A stretch of 64,000 nucleotides of DNA, from assembly GCA_000004985.1 (NCBI GenBank), contig GG738854.1; one strand, written 5' to 3'. A program made the position numbers and the translations under genes. Shown here piece after piece: positions 44,629 to 55,646 of the stretch. The notes below the pieces were generated by a model. It saw only the letters and a list, made by a program, of their open reading frames with translations, searched no databases and was not told the origin of the DNA. Origin of the DNA: Naegleria gruberi (taxonomy: Eukaryota). How positions within the stretch are numbered: the first letter of the stretch is position 1; each line of letters begins with the position of its first letter.

Positions 44629-45489
44629 ATGAGTCAAAGCCCACCTTCTGTTACATCCTCTATTGAAAACCAATTTTTGGATGACCAAATCTTTATCGGA
44701 GTCAGTGGTATGATTGGTTCAGGTGAGTATAATATCAATTTCGTCTGTTGTTTAACAATAATTTAATTAATAATAGGAAAGGTAAATATTTAGCCTATTT
44801 TTGTAAATTCATAAAATCAATATTCTTTAGACCACTCTCGCTAAAGCACTCGCTGAAAAGATTGGAGTTGGAGTACATTATGAACCAGTTATTGATAATT
44901 CCTACTTGGCTGATTTTTATTCTGATATGAAGACTTATTCTTTCCGTTTGCAAGTTTATTTGTTGAATAAGAGATTCGAACAACACCAGAAAATTATTTG
45001 GGGATCAAATGGAGGAGTTCAAGATAGAACTATCTATGAAGATGCTATCTTTGCCAAGGTTTTGATGGATACTGGAATGATGGAAAAGAGAGATTATGAA
45101 ACCTATGTTTCCCTTTTCAGAAACATGTCGAAGGTATGTTGTTATTGTGGTGATTTTTAATGAAGCCTTTTATGTTAAAATAGTTTATGAAACACAATAC
45201 AATGATTATTCACTTGGATGTTTCTCCAGAAACAAGCATGGAAAGAATCAAGATGAGAGGAAGAGAATGTGAAAGTGGAATTACTCTCGAATATCTTCAA
45301 AAGTTGCATAGTGGATATGAAGAATGGCTCACCAAGATTTCAAAGATTATTCCAGTTATTAAGGTTAATTGGAGTCAATTCAGAAGTCTTGAAAATGTTT
45401 TGGAAGAAGTTATGAAAGCCTATAATCAAATTCAAAATATTCAACATGTTACTTTTGAAAATAAGGATACCAGCAGTACAGTTCTCTAA
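44629..45489 (+). CDS. Deoxyribonucleoside kinase (dCK/dGK/TK2 family), 4 exons including a 5-nt micro-exon
   Basis: Exons are 44629..44722, 44777..44781 (GAAAG), 44831..45133 and 45184..45489. Introns are 54, 49 and 50 nt (GTGAGT, GTAAAT, GTATGT donors). Spliced product is ..IFIGVSGMIGSGKTTLAKALAEKIGVGVHYEPV...GGVQDRTIYEDAIFAKV...RIKMRGRECESGITLEYLQKL.. It shows the P-loop, the ERS-like DRTIYED motif and the Arg-rich lid typical of dNKs. About 236 aa. Confidence 0.75.
44777..44781 (+). CDS. 5-nt coding micro-exon (GAAAG) of the deoxynucleoside kinase gene
   Basis: taataatag|GAAAG|gtaaatat. Joining ggt tca g + ga aag + acc act gives G-S-G-K-T-T, the Walker-A/P-loop. A single-intron model shifts the frame into a stop. 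Confidence 0.7.
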
Positions 45490-45660
45490 ACATACAAGAT
45501 TCACTCTTTCAGAGATTTTACATTATAGTCTTGAATAATACTCAAAACTATCATTGGAAAAATGATCCAACATGAAAGGATCAAAGATTTTGAAGAGTTT
45601 ATAAAAACACTTAGTTTTCTCGATTCATCTATCGGCATTCTTATGTACATTGCCTGTATT

Positions 45661-46792
45661 TTACACATTTTCAATCCCTCCAACTTTAGCTGATTCACTT
45701 TCTAATAATTGTTGCCAAGAAATACTAAGAACAACCATTCCTCTCGTCACAACTGGTTCTGTTTTGGCCAAATCTTTCAGCTCATCAATCATCATTACTA
45801 ATTCTTGAGCTACCTCATTATTTTCACTTCGTCTTTCTTCGTCAGCCAAAAACTTTATACAATAAATAAAATCGTCCACTGCCAGGATGTCATCTTCGTT
45901 CTGGTGGTGAATTGTCACAGAGCCCGAGCAACAAAAAAGTGATAAGGCATTCTCTAGTACTGTAAACAATGAATGGGCTGTAAGGGTGATGCAATAAATA
46001 ATGAATTTGTTGTACTCAATTGCAGATTCATTCTCCATAGACCTAGACTTTTCAATAAGAACTTCCAATATTTTTGGTTGTATGGCAACCCTATTTCCAA
46101 GAATTGTTTTAAGTCTGTCAATATTGACTAATCCATTTGGTTGAAGGATTCTGGTCTTTAAAACTAGATCATACATCTGAGAGACACTTTCCAGAGTTAA
46201 CCAATCTTTACTTCTTTCCCCATAGTCTATTGATTGAGATTAGAATTTTGAACATGAATAAATACAAACCCTTTTCTTCTTCCTCAAAGAACTTAATGGC
46301 AATTTTTATGGATTCCAAATCAAGGGGGGAGTTGGCATCAATCTTACGTTTCAATCTATCCCTAATCATTACTTTTCCTAATTTTTTAATTACTGACTGA
46401 AGGGCTGTTGTTATTTGTTGACTTGTTTCCTTATCTACTCCACTCAGAGTAGACCTGCTCGAAAGATTTGATGAAGGTCTCGATGTTTCCGAGCTGTTTG
46501 TACGATCCCTATACGAAGATAAAGGACGAGTATCTTCGTCATAGGCATGGTCAAACCTTACTTGTCTCCTCTCACTCATCCTACTACTTGAACGTAAAAC
46601 ACTCTCCCTATTTGTTGTTTCCTCTTCATCCTCAACACTATTTGTTTCAAATTCATCACCACTCATCCCAAGCCTAGTAAATTTATTTCTCTTCTCTCCT
46701 TCTCCATCTTCCTCAATATTAAATTCATTATTATTCTCTTCGCCATATTCTCCATCAGAGAGTTCATCCATATCCACACTTTCTCGAATCAT
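45661..46792 (-). CDS. Hypothetical protein (about 365 aa), 2 exons; acidic/Ser-rich N-terminus and a helical C-terminal half (possibly EF-hand-like)
   Basis: Exon 1 is 46792..46270 (acataaaaATG), the intron is 46269..46227 (43 nt, GTTTGT..CAATAG, phase 1) and exon 2 is 46226..45661. Junction reads ..KFFEEEEKG|DYGERSKDWLTLESVSQMYDLVLKTRIL... Confidence 0.5.
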
Positions 46793-46930
46793 TTTTATGT
46801 AGTGTCGACAATTGATGGTATTTTGTTTTGCTTGTTTTTTTTTGCAACTTTTTAGGGTAAATTTTTGGCGCCAAAGTTCGCTTTCATGAAGTTTTAAACA
46901 ATTAGCTGTAAAGTTTGAAAGAAGATTAAT

Positions 46931-48042
46931 TTATTGCTCAGCAGATTCATCTTCCACTTGCTCACCTTGATTCTCTTGATGTTTCCTCTTTCGTTTTGGA
47001 ATGATTTTTTCAAGAGCTTGACCCCAAATTTCAAAATTAGTGAGCTCTGGTTTGGTTTGTTTCAATTCGATACAATCAGCAATGATTTCTACACATTGGT
47101 TGGTGGTCAGAACACTACATGCCTTCATGTCAATGTGCTTATCGAGTGGGAATTTAGCTGTTGGAATGTTATATTCTTTGGTGGCAATTTCATTACACAG
47201 ATTCTTGTGTCTGTTTCTATCAATAATACCTCCACTATTATTTTGTAATGAATATTTAAATTGTAAAATTTGAAAACTTACATTACATAGACATGTCCTT
47301 TTTCAAATTCTGTAATTTCATTCTCAGCATCAGCAGAAAGATAAATCACCTTATTTTCCTTCAATTTGTCCTCAAATTCCTTTGTAAAATGTTGATCTGT
47401 TAATTTCATCATCCACTTTTCAGGAAATCCTTCAAATTTCTTTAAACTATTGTATAATTCACCTTGTAAGGATGTAAATGTCATATAGAAAGGATTCTCC
47501 ATTCTCTTATAGGCAGCATAGCATTTTCCAAGTTGTTGAGCCAATGAAATAACTTCATTATTTGTCATCTTATCATTAAAGGAACAATCCACATTTATGC
47601 AAACATTGCAATCATTGGTTATTCCATTTTCTGTGGCTTGTTTCAACTTGTTGATGAGGTTCTCCTTTTTCATTCTTTGTGAACGAATTCTTTCTTCCTT
47701 CTTCTTTTTATTTTCTTCCACCAATTTTTCAAATTCCTCTGGAGCCAATTCGTCTCTCATCTTGGTGAAAAAATCATCACTATTCTTTTTCTTTTGTTCT
47801 TGTTTAACTTCCTTTTTTTGCTTTTTATGTTTCTTGAAATTATTCTTCCTGGTTTCCCATCTTTCCTTTCTCTTTTGCAATTTTTCATCCTTTGATGGTT
47901 TGTTTTCCGAATTTTCAGAAGTGTCATTACTGGCTTCCGATGGTGGTAATGTTATATTATTTTCTGCCATTGTTGATTGTTCCGATTTTTGTTCTTGCTC
48001 GACAAAATTTGATGAATTTCCTTCTGTTTGATGTTCAGTCAT
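46931..48042 (-). CDS. TRM10: tRNA (guanine9-N1)-methyltransferase TRM10 homologue (SPOUT class), 2 exons
   Basis: Exon 1 is 48042..47282 (tcaaaaaaATG), the intron is 47281..47235 (47 nt, GTAAGT..AATAG, phase 2) and exon 2 is 47234..46931. K/E-rich N-terminal region, then ..ITNDCNVCINVDCSFNDKMTNNEVISLAQQLGKCYA.. and ..GHVYVIGGIIDRNRHKNLCNE..FPLDKHIDM..VLTTNQCVEIIA.., the TRM10 SPOUT signatures. Confidence 0.7.
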
Positions 48043-48140
48043 TTTTTTGAATTTAAAAAGTGCAATTTTGTAATTTCATAAATATTTGAAATATATTTTG
48101 TTAAAACTTGAAGGGAGAGTGGTATTTATTTATGAGTCAA

Positions 48141-51100
48141 TTAAATGACAAATTCATTTTCAACCTTTTCATTGATAGTAATGAAAGGAATTTGTGTTTC
48201 CTTAACAATGGAGGGACCATCAACTGGACACGATTTACCAATCATTTCATCGAGACGTTTACTGGCATTCTTGAATTCTAATTGCCAGTAGAGTTGAGTC
48301 TTTTCACTTCCATCATTCATTGCTTCGGCCAATTCTAAACGAGCCTTGTGCCAATTTTCATAGGTCTCTTCAAGGAGATTGAGCCTTTTGTAGAGGGCAT
48401 TTCTTTGGTCTGCTTCTTCTTGGGTAAAGATTGGATTGATTTCTGACAATTTGAATCTTCCTTGTTTGATATCTTGGATGTTAAATTCAATTTGCCTAAC
48501 CTTCATTTGAAGTGTTGCAATTTCACTTTCCTTTTCTGCCTTATCTACTGATCGTTTGAGTCTTTCTAACTTTCTTTGTTTCTTGAGTTTCTTTTCTTCG
48601 AGGTGTGTCAAGTTTTCATTCACTGCCTCTTCGATAGCAGTTTGTTGAGCCTTATCTTCAATGGCAATCAATTGATTCTTGAGTTGGTGCTTGTTGATTC
48701 TATAGAGACAGTTCAAGTGGAATTTTTGACCTGATGGGAATACATAGAAGAAGTAATTCTTTCTCTCGTTTGGATCTTGAAGGTTAGGAAGGAGGACTCT
48801 TGATTTACACCTTTCACAAGTGTCATCATAGTCAATATCATAGTAAATATTCATAGATGATAAATCATTTCTGATCAATTCAGCATCATTGGTGGCATCT
48901 CTCATTTGGACTTCAACTCTGTTATTTTGGAATGAATAGGTATCCAAAATCGATTCAACATCTTTCAAGAGTTCATCGAGTTGAATCTTGGATGGGAAAT
49001 ATTTGATAACATCATCCAACAATAAGACATCACCAAAGTCTGTAATGAGATCGAGTGCTTTCTTGTAATTTTCTTCCTTGACATAGTATTTTACAATCTT
49101 GATAGCAAGTTTACGTTTGAGTTCTGGGTCTTCAACAAATTGAAGAACTGTTTCTTCTGCAAGCTTGACATTGTTAACTTTAGAGTCAAGAGCCAAGTCA
49201 ACTGCTTCCTCATAGAGTTCCAAAAGTCTGTATAACAATACACATGCTTTCCATTTTCTTCCTTCAATAGCCAATCTGAGTGCATATTCTTTAGTAAAGT
49301 AGATATTTTCGGATTCTTTAGTTTCCTTTAGGTAAGTTTCTAACAAGTCAGTATTTCTTTGATTGACCAGCAAGTAGACAAAGAGATCGTGAACAGTTCT
49401 ATTTTCATTCTTTTGATCCTCAATACACCATTTCAAATATTCTAATACTTGAGATTCCTCTTGTCTAACAGATCTTCTTCTTGTTTGACCAGCTTGAGAT
49501 CTGGTAATGTAGTCATATTTCAATATGGCTGGGACCAAATCTCTTGGGTTAAGGAATTGCAAACGTTTGAATGATTTAACAATTTCATCTCTCTTCTCAT
49601 AATTCATCAAAAGTGGAGTGTATCTGTACCAAATCAAGTTTTGAGGAGAAATACCTTCAGACTTTTCAGAGAAGGCATTTGGCTCAGTACAAAAGCTATT
49701 CAGGATAGTGTAGGCATTCTCGTAGTATCCAAGTTCCTTAGAGTGATTGGATTCGTATTCAGAGCTCTTAGCCATAGTAACACAATATTGAATAATTGTC
49801 AAATAATCACCAATAGCACTTGCAAAGAAGAGGAATTCTCTGACAAAGTTATTACTCAAAAAGATGTCATAAACAACGTCCTTGGCTTTTGCTAACAATT
49901 CCTTCTTATTGTAGGTAAACTTTCTCATAACAGCCTTAATTTTGTGAAGTTGTTGTTCTGCCTTGGTTTTTTCTTCCAATTGTTCTCTGTATTGATCTTC
50001 AGAGCATGCAACAGTAATAAATTTACCCATGATATGTCTCTGTTGATTCATCTTGAAGCACAATAATTCAACAATCCAAACAGCAAGAATGACACTCTCA
50101 GGACATTCTTCAATTTTCTTATCATTCTTCTAATTTCAAAGTTAGAAAATTCATAAAATTATTGCAAACTTACAAATCTGTGAAGCATATAGTACAAGTA
50201 GTTGTAGAGACCATTCTTCTTATCTTCTGGATCAACTTCCATGAATTTCATGGCAATTTCTTCAAAGTTTCTGTTTGTTCTGGCATAATCAAGAGCAGCA
50301 GTGTTGAAATCTCCCTTCTTAAAATGGTGATCAGCTTTAGCAGAGTAGATAGCCATTCTATTTTCCTCTGAGTTCATATCAAAAAGAGCTGACAAGTGAA
50401 GGGCCATCTTGAAGTATTCAGACTTGATCGATTCCATATCCTTGTCTTCAATTTCCAAAGCAGCATCAAGGAAAATTCTCCAAAATCCTTTAGCTTGATC
50501 ATCAATTGAAACTCTGTATAATTTCGAAGAGTTGAAAACAAAAACTGATTGATTACTCTCTTCTTTGGATTTGTCAATAAAGGATCTGTCAATCTTTACA
50601 CCGAGTGTATTAATCATTCTAACACCAAGAACGTGCTTACTCAACAATGAATACCTTGAATTACTTGGTGGAAGGAATGCAGGTTGCATAATAACATAAA
50701 ATTCGTCCTTGTAGCACACAAACAAATGGAAGCTGTTGAGTTCAATATCAACTGGTACATCATTTGGATTCTTGTGAGGTAATTTACCGGCCTTGTCGAG
50801 AGTCTTTTGAGAATCAGCGTAAATTCTACCAAAGACAACTTGTTTGGCTGTAATACAGGCAAAACAGAGTGAGTCATAGATTTTAAGAACACTCTTGTGC
50901 ATAATCTTTGGCTTCTCCAAATCGAGATGATCATCCTCATCGTAATTCTTGAAAGATGGAATGGCTGATTGCTCTGGGCCATACCTATCGAAAATATCAG
51001 TAATTTCACCACTTCCAGTAAATACTGCAACACCAGCAACACTTGAAACAAAAGCCATAAATTCGTTTCTTTCCTTAATTTCTGCAAATTCAATACTATC

Positions 51101-52456
51101 AATTCCAAAACCTTGCAAGTGAGAGTGAATAATAATTTGCTTCTCATTGTACAAGGTATCCATATTATAAACTTCTTCGCAGAGCATCTTGTCCATATTC
51201 TTCTTAAAATTAATGTGCCAGTCGTATTCTTCTCCTTCCACATTAAAGTCAACCTTGTAGATAGCACGTCCAGGAGAGACAGCCATAAACAACACCTTTC
51301 TTGTGGTGATATCATCTTGAACAATAGAGTGTGGAAAACCAATAGCTGTAATATATCGAGATCCATCCAAAACTAAATTCTTTTGTGTTCCAATTAATTT
51401 TGGTTCGAATTTGTAATAGTCAAAAGTGAGAGGATCCTTCACATCGGCCTCACTATCAGATTGTTCCAATTTTTGCTTATCAATATCAATAACATAATGA
51501 ACATAGGTTTCAGTTTCAGGATTTTCCAACACTACATAACATTCGAATCCATATGGAATACTGAGGAAAATCTTCTTGACATTGTAACCTTTCAATTCCT
51601 TTCTCTTATCAAACTTGACTTCAATACAGTGATCGTACTCATCGACAAACATTATTCTATCCTTAAAAGCAACAACGTGTAAAATTCTATCAGAAATTTC
51701 ACTCGATTCCACACTTGACATGGCATAATCAATAATTTGACCATAAAGTTTCAAACGATCAACTTCACCAATGGTAAATTTGGATTGCATTTCACGTCTT
51801 TCCTGAATAAAACGTTGAACATATTCATTCTCCTGAGAAACCATGAATGTTTGATTTTTAGATTCAGATTGATCATCTTCCTCATCATCAGAAAAATCAT
51901 CATCAGTTAAACTTTCACTTTCAGATTCTTCCTTTTCTTCTGCTTGTGGTTTAACATCTTCATAATTGGATTTTAATTCAGAAACTTTGGCATCATATTC
52001 AGCATCTTCGTGATCGACAGAGTGTGCCTTCCATCCATCAAAACCACCATCATCACTCATTGAATAATCAGAATAGAAAGAAGCTCCCGTCATTAAATCT
52101 CTCTTTCTCAATCTACTTTCTTCCTTTCGTTGGAGCATGAGTCTTTCCTGTTCCAATCTTTCCTCTTCATTATCTCCAAAGAATCGATTGAACATTTTAC
52201 GAAGTCCACCTCTCTTTCTCTTTGGTTCTTCCTTCTTGTTGTCATTTGATGGAGAAGGAGGATTTTGTGTTGTTGTATTGTTATTGGAAGAATCATTGTT
52301 TGTTGTTGTTGTTGTTGCTGAATTATTTGCTTCTTGATTTATTGTTGTTGAAGGTTGTTGATCGGCAACTGTGGGTGATGCTGATTGTGGAGATGATGTT
52401 GTTGGGAGAACTGTCAGGGTAATGTCATCAGCAGCTGCAAGGTTTGATGAAGACAT
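48141..52456 (-). CDS. VPS18: VPS18/Pep3 (class C Vps, HOPS/CORVET core subunit) with a long low-complexity N-terminal extension, 2 exons
   Basis: Exon 1 is 52456..50174, the intron is 50173..50130 (44 nt, GTAAGT..AATTAG, phase 0) and exon 2 is 50129..48141. It shares with human VPS18 the motifs YALRLAIEGRKWKACVLLYRLLELYEEAVDLAL (human YALRLCAEHGHHRACVHVYKVLELYEEAVDLAL) and FEEIAMKFMEVDPED (human FEEIALKFLEARQEE). RING-H2-like CERCKSRVLLPN..FYVFPSGQKFHLNCL, then a coiled coil. N-terminal S/T/N/D/E-rich region of about 250 aa. About 1420 aa. Confidence 0.8.
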
Positions 52457-52517
52457 TTTTTATTATGATAGACAGCTGATGGGCAGTGCAAGACCTGAAG
52501 TGGGTTTTTCAGTTCTT

Positions 52518-55346
52518 TTACTTCCAATATCCTGCAAATCTGTGCATAATATCATGAACTGCAAATAGGGTTCTTTCAGAATCTGTAATAACACTCCTCA
52601 TGAATTGAATGGCTTCCTCCTCAGTGAGTTCGAGACATAGACGTTGCTGAACTGTGAGAATGTTAAGGAGCTGCTCACCAATTTTTGAATCTCTCGAAAT
52701 ACCATGATCAATATTTGGAATACCTGCATCAATCATTAAAATGAACAAATTGAGAATCATTCTAGAGTGTTGTCTTAATATATTGTAGGCGCTGCAGCAA
52801 TTTTTGATGAAACTCTTGTACCTTTCACTTCCAGAACCTCCCATTCCCAAGACCATGTCAGCACAGAGTTTCATTGGTGGAGGATACGGTTTTGGATCGT
52901 GGCCTAGAATGAATCCAAAATCAATGTGGAATAGTTTTCCATCAGGAGTCAGCAAAATATTATCCAAGTGTCTATCTCCAATTCCAAGAATATATGTAAT
53001 GACACAATATCCTGCACAACTCTTCATAAAGTTATCGAGAACTTCGTTCATCTCTTGATGAGATTTGTTCTTGTTCTGGTCTTTGAGCCATTCTTCAATG
53101 CTTTGTTTTTCAATTATTTTGGCAAATGGCGTGCTTGGAAGAACACACTCCAAAAATCCCTCCTGCTTTCCACAAGCTAACACTCTGTATGGTGTCAACT
53201 TTAAATCCATACCATTGTCTTTCAGAATAGTATCCATAGTATTAATAATTTGAATAATTAACTGATCTTGTCTCAAATCGTCGCCAATTTTAAAGATTGC
53301 ATGATATGTGCTCTTAGGACTGGTCTTGAATGCCAACTTCATTGGTCTAGCATTACTACTGAAAATAGTCACACCTGTAGGATCTACATTATTAACAGAA
53401 ACTCTTGGATCCAATGGAAGTATCAGTGATGAATTATCTTCAAATATACCATCCCATGAAGAGACTTTTCTTTCTGCTATTTCTCTGAATTTTTCCTTTA
53501 CAATTTCAGTGCTATTTCTATTGGTCTTACCAAAGAGACAAATTTCACTAAGGTTTTGAACCATCTTTGTTTGTCTTTGTAACATTTTTACAGTCTCGTG
53601 TTGTTTTTTCTAAATTAAATTTTTAGAATAATGTCATTCAATGTATTTAAACTTACCGTCTTGTAATTTTCTAGCACTCTAGCTCTGTAAGAATAGTAAA
53701 ATTCACCCATTATGCTATCCTCACATGCTATTGTCAAGTACCAGTATAAATCGTTCGATACCATTAAAGATCTCTCTGCCTTCTCAATTAAAAGATCTGC
53801 CAATTTACAAGTTCTCATATCATGCTCATATCTCAATGCTTGAACTAATTGGAGTAAGACAGACAATATATCTTGTTCTGGGGCGTCTTTCAGTACATTA
53901 ACAGCGTGATTTCTTACAGAATCCACTCCTTTGAAATATTTACTCAGCAAGAACAGAGCATCAGGTATATCAATCTTGGTCCAACCTTGCATTAATGAAG
54001 CAGCTTCCTTAGCTTCTCTGTCAATACTCCAATCCACAGATCGTAAAAATTTTGTAAGAGCTTTGGTTCCAATTCTCTTTTCTGATTGCAAGAATTTTCT
54101 ATACCTCCACAATAATGTCTTTTCATCCACTGAAATTTCTTGCAATGGTGACTTTTTCACAATTGCCTCAAGCATTTTCTTATCCCTTGCTTCTGGGTAA
54201 AGTAATAGATTATCATCCAAATTCATGGTCATCTTGAAATGCTTTACGGCTGATGGATTTTCCTTATCCCTGGCAACTTCTGGGTCTATGAAGAATTGAA
54301 CACCCTTTGTTTCAAAGCACTTGATCATTTGCTCTGCTCCATTGATATTACTCTGTTGTTTAAAGCTATTGAGTGTTGTAGGAGGAACTTCACGATTGAG
54401 CATGGAATAAGTTTCATTTTCAAAGAAAATTACTGGTGCTGAAAAATCACAAAATTCCAAATCCAAAAAAGCTATTCCTTTTCTCACAAGCAGACCCTCT
54501 CGTCTCATATTATTGATGGATTTTAATGAGGCCTCTCTCAGCCACTTTGAATTTTCATCCCATATATCCTTACAGGAATCAATTTCAATTTGAGTGAGTA
54601 AATCTGTAACAATTCCATCTTCTTCAAACACCGATAAAGGATTAGGTGCTACCCGTGGTGAAAGTAGGCATTTGTGATTGCCCGATCGCATAAGTCTTTA
54701 GATTCAGTTATTAATTCCATAAATTTCATCAAAATTACATACTTGCTTCTCAAATCAAAAACTGAATAGGAAGAACTGGCAACTATAATAGGCTTTCTTG
54801 GAGTAAATATATCATAAATTGTAACACATAATACAGTATCTACTGGAAGTTCGCTATACTTTACAGGAAATGAAATCCATTCCTTCCAACTGAAAATATT
54901 AATAATACAAATCAATAAATTCATACCTTTTCACAGATTTCATTTGATTTTTGTAACATGTCCTTGATGGTGGACATATCAGATGATTATTTACATAAAG
55001 GCCACATTCTACAAATAAATCCTCTAATTTTGGCAATAAAGAAGAGGAAGGCATTGTCGGATCAATAATAAATTCATTAATTTGATTTGCATAATTATTC
55101 TGATTCACTGAAACACTAAAATCAATTAAAACACCACTATTTGATTGATCAGTAGTAATTTTTCTAGCAAAGAAATCAGCATCCAACACTCCATCAATAT
55201 CTCCACTACATTAATTCCGATCATATAGATGATTTATATTTAAATATATTTGTTGTTGTATTCCGAACCTACATCCTAACAGAAAAGTAACAATCCAAAT
55301 CACAACTCTTGATGGCTTTTATAGCCTTCAATCCGTTGAGTTTCAT
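52518..55346 (-). CDS. VPS34: Class III phosphatidylinositol 3-kinase VPS34 (PIK3C3), 5 exons
   Basis: Exons are 55346..55273, 55205..54927, 54889..54743, 54695..53657 and 53609..52518. Introns are 67, 37, 47 and 47 nt (GTAGGT, GTATGA, GTATGT, GTAAGT donors). Spliced product: MKLNGLKAIKAIKSCDLDCYFSVRIGDIDGVLD.. (compare human YSCDLDINVQLKIGSLEG), C2 domain ..WKEWISFPVKYSELPVDTVLCVTIYD.., helical domain ..LLQLVQALRYEH.., and catalytic domain ..YHAIFKIGDDLRQDQLIIQI..GDRHLDNILLT..HIDFGFILG... About 876 aa. The stop lies 61 bp from the VPS18 start. Confidence 0.85.
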
Positions 55347-55646
55347 TTTTTTGAATTTTGCTTTTTATTAATAGCAGAAATTCTAATCGAAATACTGGAT
55401 GGAAAATAATTGAAACGTGATTAAGGTGGATTAAACGTGAATTTGTTTCATATGTTTGTTGCGAATTGTTGAGTTGATTGGGAATAAGAAATTAAAGTGG
55501 AATAGTTTAAGAATTATTGAGAATATTGAGTGTTTTAAATGTCTCGAAAAGGCAAAAATGTGTGTGATTGAGAAAGCACTTTCAATATTGAATTGAACTC
55601 GTATTCCAATCATAATGTACAAAATTTCAAGTGAGTGGATGAACAA

